Source: a candidate division FCPU426 bacterium (GTDB lineage: Bacteria > Oederibacteriota > JAAXVQ01 > JAUVAV01). From it: a stretch of DNA of 64,000 nt. The translations under genes and the position numbers were made by a program. The notes under the pieces are model-generated. The model searched no databases. It worked only from the letters and a program-made list of their open reading frames with translations, and was not told where the DNA came from. Below, piece after piece: positions 8,617-18,336 of the stretch (position 1 is the first letter of the stretch; each line of letters starts with the position of its first letter). The stretch lies in the NCBI GenBank assembly GCA_040756875.1, contig JBFLYH010000001.1, positions 1,452,399 through 1,516,398 on the forward strand, read 5' to 3'.

Positions 8617-10329
8617 TCAGGAACCTCCTCCAGGGCCGGGCAACTGGCGCAACTTTTGCCTGAGCTGCTGGTTGTCCGGTTTTAGCTTCAACGCACTCTG
8701 CCAGGCTTGTGATGCCTCCTGGTAATTTTCCAATTGGTAATAAATGTCCCCCAGGTGTTCGTACACCGCCGGATCCACGGCTTCGGCCCTTGCCTGGTAC
8801 TGCTTCAGGGCCGACAGGATCGTTTCCAGGGCTTTGGCATAGCGGCCTTGCTGGTACTGCACCCAGGCGAGAGTGTCCAGGTAATTCGGATTTTCGGGGT
8901 CCAGCGCCAAGGCCCGCTTGACCCATTGCTGCGCCTGGGCGAGTTTCAGGCCGCGTTCGGCATGGGTATAGGCAAGGTAATTAAAAGCCTCCGCAAAATG
9001 AGGGTCCAGCTTCACGGCCGTGGTCCAGCTGGCCACGGCCTGTTCGAACTGTTTCTGCTCCAGCTGCGCCTGGCCGAGGTGGAAGTAGATCCGCGCCCGC
9101 TGGTCTCCCAGGCGCAGGGCCCGCCGGAACACCTCGACCGCTTCCCCGGGCTTGCCCACGCGCAGCAACACCACCCCGTAGTTGATCTGCATCAGGACCT
9201 CGGACGGAAAAGCCCGGGCCGCTTCCTCGGCCGCCGCCTCGGCTTTGGCGCGTTCCTGAGCGGCCAGCAGAGCCGCGCTGAGCCCCAGGCGGGCTTCCAT
9301 CAGGTTGGGATCCATTCGCACGGCTTCACGGAATTCGTCGGCCGCGAGATAATGCAACCCTTCGTGTTGGAAAATGGCCCCCAGCAGGTGATGGGTCAGC
9401 GCGTCAGCCTGGCCGGTGGCCAAAACGACGTTCAGCTGTTCGCGCGCTTCGGACCACAAGCCGAGATTGTACAAAGCCAGGCCCAAATTCCGCCGGCCGG
9501 CAGCATCCTTGGGGACCAGATGCAGCAGGCGTTCCAGCTGCCAGCGGGCCTTGGCCCATTCCCCGCGCTTGAGGTAATAGACGGACAGAAAACGGAAGGC
9601 CGGCAGGGCCTGCTGGTCAGCCTCGACCAGTTGCCGGTAAACCTCGGCCGTGTCTTCCAACCGCCCTTCCTGTTCCAATAATTCCCCCATCTGGCTAAGC
9701 CATTCCGGGTCGTCGGGTTCAAGTTCCAGGCCTTCTTCAAGCAGTTTCTCCGCCCGCGCGGGTTGCAGGCCCTGATAATAGGTAACGAGCAGCTGCCGGG
9801 CTTCATGGTTGCGGGGATCCAAGGCCAGGGCGCGGCGGAGCAGGTGCAGGGCTTCCCCGGTTTGATCCAGGCCAAGCAGCAGCCGTCCCAGCCGCGTATT
9901 CAGGCCCGAGTCGTCCGCCTGGAGGGTCAGGGCTGAGCGGTAGAGCGTCTCCGCCAGCTTGGTGTCGCCCACTGCTTCGCACAACTGTCCGAGAATGGCC
10001 TGGGTTTCATGGTCTTCGGGGTGCTGGTCGACCAGGGCTTGGTATTCCAGGCGGGCTTCGGGATAACGCTCGAGACGGATCAGATCTCGCACCAGATAGC
10101 GCCTCAGCAGCGCGGACCCGGGGTCCTGGGCGAGCGCGCGGCGGTAATAGTCCACCGCCTGGTCAAAACGTCCGGTCTGGTCGGCCAATTGGGCGGCGCT
10201 GAAAGCCCATGACGCCTCGTCGGCCGGCGGCCAGGGCGCAGCGGATTGAGGCCGGGGCGCAGTGGCGCACCCCGCGGTCAGCAGGCAGCCTGCCAGCCAG
10301 CAGGCCAGCGTTATGAGGGTCGCTCTCAT
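8617..10329 (-). CDS. TPR-repeat lipoprotein
   Basis: LTAG-C lipobox; many TPRs including NYLAY and YLDTLAWV; TPR gene upstream of ispE. Confidence 0.88.
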   Translation of the reverse strand: MRATLITLACWLAGCLLTAGCATAPRPQSAAPWPPADEASWAFSAAQLADQTGRFDQAVDYYRRALAQDPGSALLRRYLVRDLIRLERYPEARLEYQALVDQHPEDHETQAILGQLCEAVGDTKLAETLYRSALTLQADDSGLNTRLGRLLLGLDQTGEALHLLRRALALDPRNHEARQLLVTYYQGLQPARAEKLLEEGLELEPDDPEWLSQMGELLEQEGRLEDTAEVYRQLVEADQQALPAFRFLSVYYLKRGEWAKARWQLERLLHLVPKDAAGRRNLGLALYNLGLWSEAREQLNVVLATGQADALTHHLLGAIFQHEGLHYLAADEFREAVRMDPNLMEARLGLSAALLAAQERAKAEAAAEEAARAFPSEVLMQINYGVVLLRVGKPGEAVEVFRRALRLGDQRARIYFHLGQAQLEQKQFEQAVASWTTAVKLDPHFAEAFNYLAYTHAERGLKLAQAQQWVKRALALDPENPNYLDTLAWVQYQQGRYAKALETILSALKQYQARAEAVDPAVYEHLGDIYYQLENYQEASQAWQSALKLKPDNQQLRQKLRQLPGPGGGS

Positions 10330-10383
10330 GGGTCGTCCTTGCGTTGATGCCAAAATGGGCGGGAGGATCGGTCGCTCGCGGCG

Positions 10384-10827
10384 CTAGGAAGACTGGATCA
10401 ATTTCTGGTTCGTATCGCGCAGCCGCTTGCTCATGATTTTCAGCAGGGCAATGAAAATTTTATTCGCCCCCTCGGGGGAGGCTTTCAGGATTTCCTGAAA
10501 ATGACGTTTGGTGACGACCAGCAGCACGGCGTCCTGGCTGACCCGGGCGGCGGCGGAGCGGGGTTCGTCGTCGAGCAGGGACATCTCACCCAGAAAATCA
10601 CCGGGCCCCAGGGTGGTGATGGGAATTTCCAGGCTGCCCTGCCGTTTGTAGATCTCGATCTGCCCGCTTTTGACCAGATACATGATGCCGCCGGCCATGC
10701 CTTCGAAAAACAGCGCCGTGCCTTTGCGGAATTCCTTCTCGAAAATGAGGGGTTTGATCCGTTCCAGTTCGTCCGCGGTCAGATCGCTGAAAATATATAT
10801 CTGCTGCAGGTCCTTGATGTCGACCAT
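10384..10827 (-). CDS. Stand-alone cyclic-nucleotide-binding domain protein
   Basis: GDFLGEMSLLDDEPRSAAA phosphate-binding cassette; no HTH. Confidence 0.9.
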   Translation of the reverse strand: MVDIKDLQQIYIFSDLTADELERIKPLIFEKEFRKGTALFFEGMAGGIMYLVKSGQIEIYKRQGSLEIPITTLGPGDFLGEMSLLDDEPRSAAARVSQDAVLLVVTKRHFQEILKASPEGANKIFIALLKIMSKRLRDTNQKLIQSS

Positions 10828-10885
10828 ACCGCCCCTTCGCTTGCCGGGTTGCCGCTGCGCGCGCGGATTCTCTTATTATCCGCCT

Positions 10886-11818
10886 TCAAGTGAGGGATGC
10901 AACAAATTTTTTGAAATCATCCGGCCAGGGCGAGGCGAACGACATTTTTTCTCCGGTGCGGGGATGGACGAAACGGAGGCTGACCGCGTGCAGCAATTGG
11001 CGGGCCGGCCGCTCCAGGCGAAGTTTGGCCAGGAGCCGGCTTTCTCCCGCGCGCCCGTAGGTGCGGTCGCCCACCACGGGCACGCCCAGATAGCGGCAAT
11101 GAACGCGGATTTGATGGGTACGGCCGGTGTCCAGCTTGAGGCGCAGCAGGCTGAAGTCCGCCCAGCGCCGCTTGACCGTGACCAGGGTCCGTGCGGGTTT
11201 GCCGCCGCTGCGGACTACGGCAAACCGTTTGCGGTCGCGGGGATCCCGTCCCATCAGGGTGTCCACCACGCAGGTTTCGCCCGCCAGGTGCCCCCAGACC
11301 ACGGCTTCATACTGGCGTTCGATCCGGCGTTCGGCCAGCGCGGCGGCCAGCGCCTGGTGGGTCCGGTCGTTCTTGGCCACCACGAGCAGCCCCGAGGTTT
11401 CCTTGTCCAGGCGGTGGACCAGCCCGGGCCGCTGCACGCCGCCGATGCCCGAGAGGTCGCGCAAATGGTAAAGCAGCGCGTTGACCAGCGTGCCCTGGCG
11501 GTGCCCGGCCGCCGGGTGGACCACCAGGCCGGCCGGTTTGTCGATTACGGCCAGATCCCCGTCCTGATAGCGTATCTCCAGGGGCAGGGGCTCGGGTTCC
11601 GTGGTGTCCGCCAGGACCGGCGCGGGCTGATAGGTGACTTCATCGCCTGCCCGCAGTACCAGTCCCGGCTTGAGCGCCCGTCCCGCGACCGTAACCACAC
11701 CGGCCTGAAGGGCGCGCAGCGCGGCGGAACGGCTCAATCCCTCCGCGTGGCGGGCCAGAAAAACATCCAGACGCAGTCCCTGGTCCTTGGGTTCCACCAC
11801 CCAGCGTTTCAAGGACAC
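10886..11818 (-). CDS. rluD: RluA/RluD family pseudouridine synthase
   Basis: S4 domain RLDVFLA, VHRLDKETSG, TGRTHQIRVH; GTG start after GGAGG. Confidence 0.9.
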   Translation of the reverse strand: MSLKRWVVEPKDQGLRLDVFLARHAEGLSRSAALRALQAGVVTVAGRALKPGLVLRAGDEVTYQPAPVLADTTEPEPLPLEIRYQDGDLAVIDKPAGLVVHPAAGHRQGTLVNALLYHLRDLSGIGGVQRPGLVHRLDKETSGLLVVAKNDRTHQALAAALAERRIERQYEAVVWGHLAGETCVVDTLMGRDPRDRKRFAVVRSGGKPARTLVTVKRRWADFSLLRLKLDTGRTHQIRVHCRYLGVPVVGDRTYGRAGESRLLAKLRLERPARQLLHAVSLRFVHPRTGEKMSFASPWPDDFKKFVASLT

Positions 11819-13932
11819 GGTTCCACCTCCGCCTGCGGAAAGTAATGTTTCAGGATTTCGCGGTATCCGAATCCCTCGCGGCCCATGCGCCCGGCCCCGA
11901 CCTGGCACAAGCCGACGCCGTGCCCCCACCCTCCGCCCCAGACCAACCAGGCCGCCGGTTCCTCGGCGTCGCGGCCGGAAGGCAGCGGCAGCACATCAAA
12001 GAGGTTGCTGCGCAGCCCGCCGAACAGGGTGCGGATCCGGTCGCCGCGGAGCACCACGCGGCCGCGGCTGCCTTCGACCAGCAGGCGGCGCACGTAGGCG
12101 CTTGGGCTTCGCTCCAGCACGCTGAGCTGCCGGATGGTTCCCACGGTGTGCCGGGGCTCCAGGCGCGTGGACAGTTCCTCGGCAGTCAGCACTTTCAGCC
12201 AGCGGAAATTCCTGGACGCCGAATAGTCCGGATCATTGCAATAGACCGCGGGTTGTCCGGCCAGCCAGGCGGCCAGTTCGCCGGGCCGCAGGGGCAGCTC
12301 GCCGGTCTGCGCGGTGGAGGTGGGACCGTCATACACGCCTCCGGGCTGCTGGTAGGAGGGCGTCTCGTCCCACCAGGCCTCCCGGTACCCCTGGGTCATG
12401 CCTCCGCACGAATGCGAGAAGAACGTGGGCACCAGATGGCCGTCCTGGCGCAACACTTCCCCGGCGGTCGTGGTCACGGCCAAGGTGGACCGGGGATGCT
12501 CCGCCTCCACGCCCGCGTAGGCGGCGCAGTGGGCGTTGGCGCAGAAATCGTAACCCGCGGACCCGTGCTGGCGCAAATGCGCCCGGGCATATGTGCGGGC
12601 CACCACGGCCTGGGCCTGTAACGCCTCCAGGGACCAGGAAGCCGGCATTTCGGAAGGGACCAGGCTCAACAGATAGGCTTCGAGCGGCAGCTCATTGACC
12701 ACCTGCAGCCACTGTCCTTTGGGCTTGATCCGCAACCGGCCACGGTAGTAGCGCGTCTTGCGGTCGCCGGAACTGAAAAAATATCCGCTATGCTGGTACA
12801 GGTCGAACACTGCCATGATGTCCCGCGAATCCAGGGGTTCGAGAACAAGCGGTTTGCGGAAATTTTTAAGGCGCCTGCCTTCCCAGGTCGCGAGCGTCCA
12901 CTTCCCTCCCTGGCGTTCCAGCCGGTAGCCCGTGCGCGGCAGGCCTTCCCAGAGTCTTTTGCCCCGCTGGTCAAGCGCCTGCCACGGCCCCAGGCAGGCG
13001 AAGGCGACGCTCCGGGTGCGTTCATTGAGGCCGATCTCCAATTCCCGCTGACCGGGGGAAAATTCCACGGGCATGGCCGATACTTCCAGGCGGGGGCGCG
13101 GTTGCACCTTGGCCACGACCGCCACCGGCGTGGGCGTGGGCGTGGCTTCGGGCAGGCGCGTCCGGACCAGGTCCAGCGCGTCCTCCACTTCCTCGCTGGT
13201 CCCCACCATGGAAATCACGGTCTGCCATTGCCTCCAGGCCGAAGTCCAGTCCCCGCGCTGCACGGCCCAATGCGCCAGGTCCCGGTGCACTTGCCAGAGG
13301 CTGGGGTCGTACTCCCGGGCCAGACGGTATTCCTCGCGCGCCCGTTCCTCAAAGTAGCCCTGCTCTTCGCTTCCGGCCTCGGCCAGGGCGATAAAACACC
13401 GCGCGCGGAAGAGCCGCAGCGTCCCCTGCTTGGGATCGGCCTGCAGGGCCTGGCCCAGCTGTTCCAGGGACAGGGCATACTCGCCCTGATAATAAGCCGC
13501 CAGCCCGAGCAGCAGGCGCGTGCGGGTGTGGTCGCCCGGCGTGGCCAGTTCTTCGCGCATGGCTTTCAACGCGCCTTGCCAGTCGCCCGCGGCCAGCAGG
13601 GGTTCGGCCAAGGCCTGGCCGCCGATCCCCGAAGCTTCGAGCACCCGGGCCGCTTCCGCAAACCGCCTCAGGGGCAGGAGCGTGGCCGCCAGATCGCGGG
13701 CCAGGGCCGGATCGTCTCCGGCGCGTTCCCACAGGCGGTAATACTCCTGGCCGGCCTCCTGGTAATCTCCCCGGTAAAAAGCGGAGCGCGCGTGACGTTC
13801 GTCGCCGGCGGGCCGCTGCCCGCTGCCCCAGGCTGCGGTGGTGGCCGTGACGGCCAGGATCGCGATCAACGCCGGCAGACGCGAAAAGAATGTGGAGCCC
13901 CCCGCGCGTGCTCGGGGTACCTTTCCTGCCAT
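11809..13932 (-). CDS. SpoIID/LytB domain lytic transglycosylase with N-terminal TPRs
   Basis: YRG, VVNELPLEAYL, SEMPASW, EALQAQAVVARTY, GGGWGHGVGLCQVGA; start uncertain. Confidence 0.88.
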   Translation of the reverse strand: MAGKVPRARAGGSTFFSRLPALIAILAVTATTAAWGSGQRPAGDERHARSAFYRGDYQEAGQEYYRLWERAGDDPALARDLAATLLPLRRFAEAARVLEASGIGGQALAEPLLAAGDWQGALKAMREELATPGDHTRTRLLLGLAAYYQGEYALSLEQLGQALQADPKQGTLRLFRARCFIALAEAGSEEQGYFEERAREEYRLAREYDPSLWQVHRDLAHWAVQRGDWTSAWRQWQTVISMVGTSEEVEDALDLVRTRLPEATPTPTPVAVVAKVQPRPRLEVSAMPVEFSPGQRELEIGLNERTRSVAFACLGPWQALDQRGKRLWEGLPRTGYRLERQGGKWTLATWEGRRLKNFRKPLVLEPLDSRDIMAVFDLYQHSGYFFSSGDRKTRYYRGRLRIKPKGQWLQVVNELPLEAYLLSLVPSEMPASWSLEALQAQAVVARTYARAHLRQHGSAGYDFCANAHCAAYAGVEAEHPRSTLAVTTTAGEVLRQDGHLVPTFFSHSCGGMTQGYREAWWDETPSYQQPGGVYDGPTSTAQTGELPLRPGELAAWLAGQPAVYCNDPDYSASRNFRWLKVLTAEELSTRLEPRHTVGTIRQLSVLERSPSAYVRRLLVEGSRGRVVLRGDRIRTLFGGLRSNLFDVLPLPSGRDAEEPAAWLVWGGGWGHGVGLCQVGAGRMGREGFGYREILKHYFPQAEVEPCP

Positions 13933-14014
13933 GCGTTTTGCGGCATGGCAGGCGGCGACCGAAGGAAGTCCCTCGGCGCCTCTGGCGCCCCTATGGGTCA
14001 TTCCGGTCGGGGCG
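13925..14014. repeat. Short hairpin plus dispersed ~60-bp repeat
   Basis: cctgccatgc...gcatggcagg, then gcgaccgaaggaagtccc...ggtcggggcg, similar to the reverse complement of 7091-7148. Confidence 0.7.
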
Positions 14015-14072
14015 ACATCCCCGGAGCAGGCATTTAGATTTTCCATATTATGTTCAAAGCCTGCGTAGGGGA

Positions 14073-14843
14073 TCAAAGGGAAGGCAGGGTGGCGCGGAGG
14101 GCGCGCCTCTGCAGGTAAAGGTAGAAGCCCGCGGCCGCGGCCATGGCCGCCAGGGAGATGAGCTGAGACGTGGAGAAAGCGAGCGGAGTCCAGAGACCGC
14201 GGATTTCGTCGCCCCGGAAATACTCCAGGATAAAGCGCCCGAGGGCATAGGCAAAAACATAAACCCAGGCCATCTGGCCGTCAAAGCGGCGGCGGCGCCT
14301 GAGCCACAGCAGCCCGAAAAACAGCAACAGGAGAAAGGCGCTCTCAAAGAGTTGGATGGGCAGGCGCGGCGTATGATCCTCCAGGGCCGGGAAAATCACG
14401 CCGCAGGCCGCATTGGGCGGCCCGTAGCAGCAGCCGTTCAGAAAACAGCCTATCCGTCCGACCGCGTGCCCCAGGGCCGTGTAGGGCGCGCTGAGGTCCA
14501 ACACCTTCCACAAAGGCAACCCGCGCAGGCGGCAGTACAGAATCATGACCAGGAGCGCGCAAATGAACCCGCCGTAAAAAACCAGGCCGCCCTGCCAGAA
14601 CTTCAGCGCGTCCAAAGGCGCGGCCGCGTAGTCGCGCCAGGAAACGATCACATACAGCAGACGCGCGCCCGCCAGGCCTGCGATCATGACCCACAGGGTC
14701 ATGTCCAGGAAACGCTCGGGGTCAATGCCCTCCTGCCGCGCCCGCCGCCAAGCCAGGTAAATGGCCAGGCCGAAGCCGGTCGCGACCATCAGGCCGTAAC
14801 TGCGGAGGGTAAAAGGTCCCCAGGAAAACAGAATGGGCAACAT
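14073..14843 (-). CDS. lgt: Prolipoprotein diacylglyceryl transferase
   Basis: SYGLM, GARLLYV, GGLVFYGG, GRIGCFLNGCCYG, PIQLFES, RFILEYFR. Confidence 0.95.
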   Translation of the reverse strand: MLPILFSWGPFTLRSYGLMVATGFGLAIYLAWRRARQEGIDPERFLDMTLWVMIAGLAGARLLYVIVSWRDYAAAPLDALKFWQGGLVFYGGFICALLVMILYCRLRGLPLWKVLDLSAPYTALGHAVGRIGCFLNGCCYGPPNAACGVIFPALEDHTPRLPIQLFESAFLLLLFFGLLWLRRRRRFDGQMAWVYVFAYALGRFILEYFRGDEIRGLWTPLAFSTSQLISLAAMAAAAGFYLYLQRRALRATLPSL

Positions 14844-14857
14844 GACGCTCCTTGGGC

Positions 14858-15448
14858 TCAGACTGATCCGAGGGAATGGGAGGAATCGCCGCGGCCGGGT
14901 TTTTGGCGGAAGGTGTGGATCAGCAGCCAGCAGACGCCCAGGAACACGGAGGAATCCGCCACATTGAAAACCGGGAAGTGGAACGCGCGGTAGCTGAATT
15001 CGATGAAATCCGTGACCATGCCGGACTGGAAAACCCGGTCGATCATGTTCCCGACCGCGCCGCCGCTGACCATGGCCAAGGGCACAAGCAGGCTCCATCC
15101 GCGGCCCTGCTCGCGGTGGGCGATCACGGTCAGGACCACAAAGGCGCAGAACGCGACGGTAACGAAAAGCACCAGGCGCCAGGGCGTGTTGAAATCAGCC
15201 AAAAGGCTGAAGGCTGCACCGGTGTTGCGGACATGCGTGAACCGCAGGACCGGTTCCAGCACAGGCAGGCTGTGGTTGAGGTCAAGCGTCTGGGTGACCA
15301 GCCATTTCGTGAAACGGTCCAGCGCCAGGACCGCGACCAGCACGCTGTAATACAGCGCCGGGCCAAGGCTCATCCGGCGGCGGGGGCCGATGGGACGCGC
15401 AGCCGGCCGGTTGCCGTTGAATTCGGTGGAATAGCCCCAGGGTTTCAT
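14858..15448 (-). CDS. lspA: Lipoprotein signal peptidase
   Basis: LDRFTK, NTGAAFS, GNMIDR, VTDFI, FNVAD; alternative start 15373. Confidence 0.95.
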   Translation of the reverse strand: MKPWGYSTEFNGNRPAARPIGPRRRMSLGPALYYSVLVAVLALDRFTKWLVTQTLDLNHSLPVLEPVLRFTHVRNTGAAFSLLADFNTPWRLVLFVTVAFCAFVVLTVIAHREQGRGWSLLVPLAMVSGGAVGNMIDRVFQSGMVTDFIEFSYRAFHFPVFNVADSSVFLGVCWLLIHTFRQKPGRGDSSHSLGSV

Positions 15449-18258
15449 GGCATGACCGCCGGTGCCGCAGGCTGGCTGGCGACAACCTCCCGGCAGCGGT
15501 GGCAGAGCCCCGGATGGTCTGCCGACTGGCCGACCTCAGGCAGCACCCGCCAGCAGCGTTCGCACTTGGCGCCTGCGGCCCGCTCGACCGTGACCAGCAT
15601 TTCCGGCCCGGCTGCGCCCGCTTCCTCCAATTCCACCTGGGAGACCACGAAAAAAGCCGGCAATTGCCCCCGGTGCGCGGCCAGGACCGAGCGGCGGTTC
15701 CCGCGCACGCGGATGCGCACCCGGGCTTCATAGGCGTGGCCGATGAGCTTGCGGTTGCGCGCCTCCTCCAGCCGCTTGAGCACCTCGTCCCGGATTTCGA
15801 ACAACTGCTCCCAGCCCTTGGCGAAATCAGGGTCATGCCATTCCTGCGGCGGCATCAGCCAGCTCGCCAAGTGCACCGAGGGGGTTGTGGCTTCCTTGTC
15901 GACCAAGAGCCCCTGGGCCTGCATGGCGCTCCAGGTCTCTTCGGCGGTGTGCACCAGCATGGGCGCGATCAGGCGCACCAGGTGGCGGAGGAGGTGCCAG
16001 AGCGTGGTTTGGGCGCTGCGGCGCGAGGCGGAACCCCGGCTGTCGGCGTAGAGGCGGTCCTTGAGCACGTCGAAATAGAAGGCGGATAAATCGCTGGCGC
16101 AGAAATTCTGCAGCAGCTGGTAGAAGCGGTAGAAATCGAAAGCGTCGCAGGCCGCGGTGGCCTGCTCGGCCAATTCGTGCAGCCGGTGCAGCAGCAGGCG
16201 GTCCATAGGCTCCTGGTCCTTGCGCTTGAGCGCCTCGGCCGGCACAAAGCCGTTGAGGTTGCCGAGCAGGAACCGCAGGGTGTTGCGGATGCGGCGGTAG
16301 GAGTCCACCACGCGCTTCATGATTTCGTCGGAAAACCGCACGTCGTTCTGGATGTTTTCCGACGCCACCCAGATCCGCAGCAGATCGGCGCCGCCGTAGC
16401 GTTCGATGGCCTCGCCCGCGCCGATGAAATTGCCGAGCGACTTCGACATCTTGCGGCCTTCGCCGTCCACGGTGTACCCGTGGGTGAGCACGGCCTTGTA
16501 CGGCGGCTTTCCGTTCACGGCCACGGCCGTGAGCAGTGACACCTGGAACCAGCCCCGGTGCTGGTCCGACCCTTCCAGATACAGGTCCGCCGGATACCGC
16601 AGTTCCTTGCGCCGGGACAGCACCGCGGCGTGGCTCACGCCGGAATCAAACCATACGTCCAGGATGTCCGTCTCCGGCCGGAAGGAGGCGCCGCCGCACT
16701 TGGCGCAGGCCGTGCCGGCCGGGATGAAATCAGCCGGAGGCCGCGTGAACCAGGCATCGGCCGTTTCGGCGGCGAAGATTTTTTCCACCTGTTCGAACAC
16801 GCCGGCCGACAACAACGGTTCCTGGCAGTGTTCGCAGTAAAATACCGGCAAGGGCACGCCCCAGGCGCGCTGGCGCGACAGGCACCAATCCGGCCGGGTT
16901 TCGACCATGGCGCCGATGCGGTTCTGGGAAGCCTCCGGGATCCAGGTCACTTCCTGGCGGATGAACTCCAGCAGCTGCTGCCTAAAACCGCCCTGGTCCA
17001 CGCGCATGAACCACTGCTCCGTGGCCCGGAAAATAACCGGCACGCGGTGCCGCCAGCAGTGGGGATAGCTGTGCACCGTCTCCTCGGACTTGAGCAAGGC
17101 GCCCTTGTCGGCCAGCAGGCGCACCAGCGCCGGATTGGCGTCGAACACCGACACGCCCCGCTGGTCCGGATAGGCGTCCGTGAAGCGGCCGTCCGGCCCC
17201 ACGGGATTGAAAATTTCCAGGCCGTACTCCAGTCCGACCAGGTAGTCTTCCTGGCCGTGGCCCGGAGCCGTGTGCACGCAGCCCGTGCCCGCGTCCAGGG
17301 TCACGTGCCTGCCCAGGACCACCGGAACTTCGCGGTCCAGGAAAGGATGGCGCAGGCTCAGGCCGGCCAGCGCCTTGCCCGGCGCCTCGGCCTTCACGCG
17401 CAGTTCATTGCCCAGGGCCGCGCGATTCGCTTCGACCAGCTCCTTGGCCAGAAGGTAATGGTCCGCCCCGGCTTCGACGAGCACGTAGGCAAAATCCGGG
17501 TGCACGGCCACGGCCCGGTTGGCCGGCAGGGTCCAGGGCGTGGTCGTCCAGATCGGAACAAACACCCGGCCCTCGGGGCGCTGCCCCAGTTCCGCGCTCC
17601 AGCCCGAGGCCAGCTCGAACCGCACGGTGATCGACGGGCTGGCGTGGTCCGCGTACTCCACCTCGGCCTCGGCCAGCGCGCTCTGGCACTGGGTGCACCA
17701 GTACACCGGCTTCAGGCCCCGGTAGATGAATCCCTTCAGGGCCAGCTCGCCGAACATCCTGACGATGGTGGCCTGGTATTCGGCGTCCATGGTGAGATAC
17801 GGTTCGTTCCAGGCGGCGTGCACGCCCAGGCGCTTGAACTGCCCGCGCTGGAGGTCCACGTAGCGCCGGGCATAGCGCCGGCACTCCTCCCGGATGCGCG
17901 CCCGCTGCGTGCGTTCAGCCTCGGAGAGCTGTTCGAGCACCTTATGCTCGATGGGCATGCCGTGGCAGTCCCAGCCGGGCACATAGGGCGAGTCGTAGCC
18001 GCGCAGGTTTTTATACCGCACGACCATGTCCTTGGTGATCTTGTTGAAGGCCGTGCCCAGATGCACGTCGCCGTTGGCGTAGGGCGGACCGTCGTGCAGC
18101 ACGTACTTCGGCTTGCCCTTCAGGTACTGGCGCAGCAGGGCGTAAAGATCCATGGCCTCCCAGCGGGCCTGGATCTCCGGCTCCCGCTGGTTGAGGTCCG
18201 CTTTCATCGGGAACGCGGTCTGGGGCAGATTGAGGGTGTTGCGGTAGTCCACGATCAA
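15445..18258 (-). CDS. ileS: Isoleucyl-tRNA synthetase (type 1)
   Basis: DGPPYANG, GWDCHG, KMSKS, C-terminal CERCW zinc finger. Confidence 0.98.
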   Translation of the reverse strand: MIVDYRNTLNLPQTAFPMKADLNQREPEIQARWEAMDLYALLRQYLKGKPKYVLHDGPPYANGDVHLGTAFNKITKDMVVRYKNLRGYDSPYVPGWDCHGMPIEHKVLEQLSEAERTQRARIREECRRYARRYVDLQRGQFKRLGVHAAWNEPYLTMDAEYQATIVRMFGELALKGFIYRGLKPVYWCTQCQSALAEAEVEYADHASPSITVRFELASGWSAELGQRPEGRVFVPIWTTTPWTLPANRAVAVHPDFAYVLVEAGADHYLLAKELVEANRAALGNELRVKAEAPGKALAGLSLRHPFLDREVPVVLGRHVTLDAGTGCVHTAPGHGQEDYLVGLEYGLEIFNPVGPDGRFTDAYPDQRGVSVFDANPALVRLLADKGALLKSEETVHSYPHCWRHRVPVIFRATEQWFMRVDQGGFRQQLLEFIRQEVTWIPEASQNRIGAMVETRPDWCLSRQRAWGVPLPVFYCEHCQEPLLSAGVFEQVEKIFAAETADAWFTRPPADFIPAGTACAKCGGASFRPETDILDVWFDSGVSHAAVLSRRKELRYPADLYLEGSDQHRGWFQVSLLTAVAVNGKPPYKAVLTHGYTVDGEGRKMSKSLGNFIGAGEAIERYGGADLLRIWVASENIQNDVRFSDEIMKRVVDSYRRIRNTLRFLLGNLNGFVPAEALKRKDQEPMDRLLLHRLHELAEQATAACDAFDFYRFYQLLQNFCASDLSAFYFDVLKDRLYADSRGSASRRSAQTTLWHLLRHLVRLIAPMLVHTAEETWSAMQAQGLLVDKEATTPSVHLASWLMPPQEWHDPDFAKGWEQLFEIRDEVLKRLEEARNRKLIGHAYEARVRIRVRGNRRSVLAAHRGQLPAFFVVSQVELEEAGAAGPEMLVTVERAAGAKCERCWRVLPEVGQSADHPGLCHRCREVVASQPAAPAVMP

Positions 18259-18284
18259 CTCCGGGAAAGGGGAATTTTCCGCCT

Positions 18285-18314
18285 ATCTTAGCATTGGGAT
18301 TTGGAGCTTGTCAA
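18285..18314 (-). promoter_or_regulatory. Sigma70-type promoter of the ileS operon
   Basis: TTGACA-18-TAAGAT with extended TG on the minus strand. Confidence 0.55.
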
Positions 18315-18336
18315 ATCAGTAAGACTGGCGGCCGGA

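Noticed and set aside
7422-13932. Sporulation inferred from spoVG, SpoIID and SpoIIE domains
   Set aside because: These families are widespread in non-sporulating bacteria and sit here in housekeeping contexts
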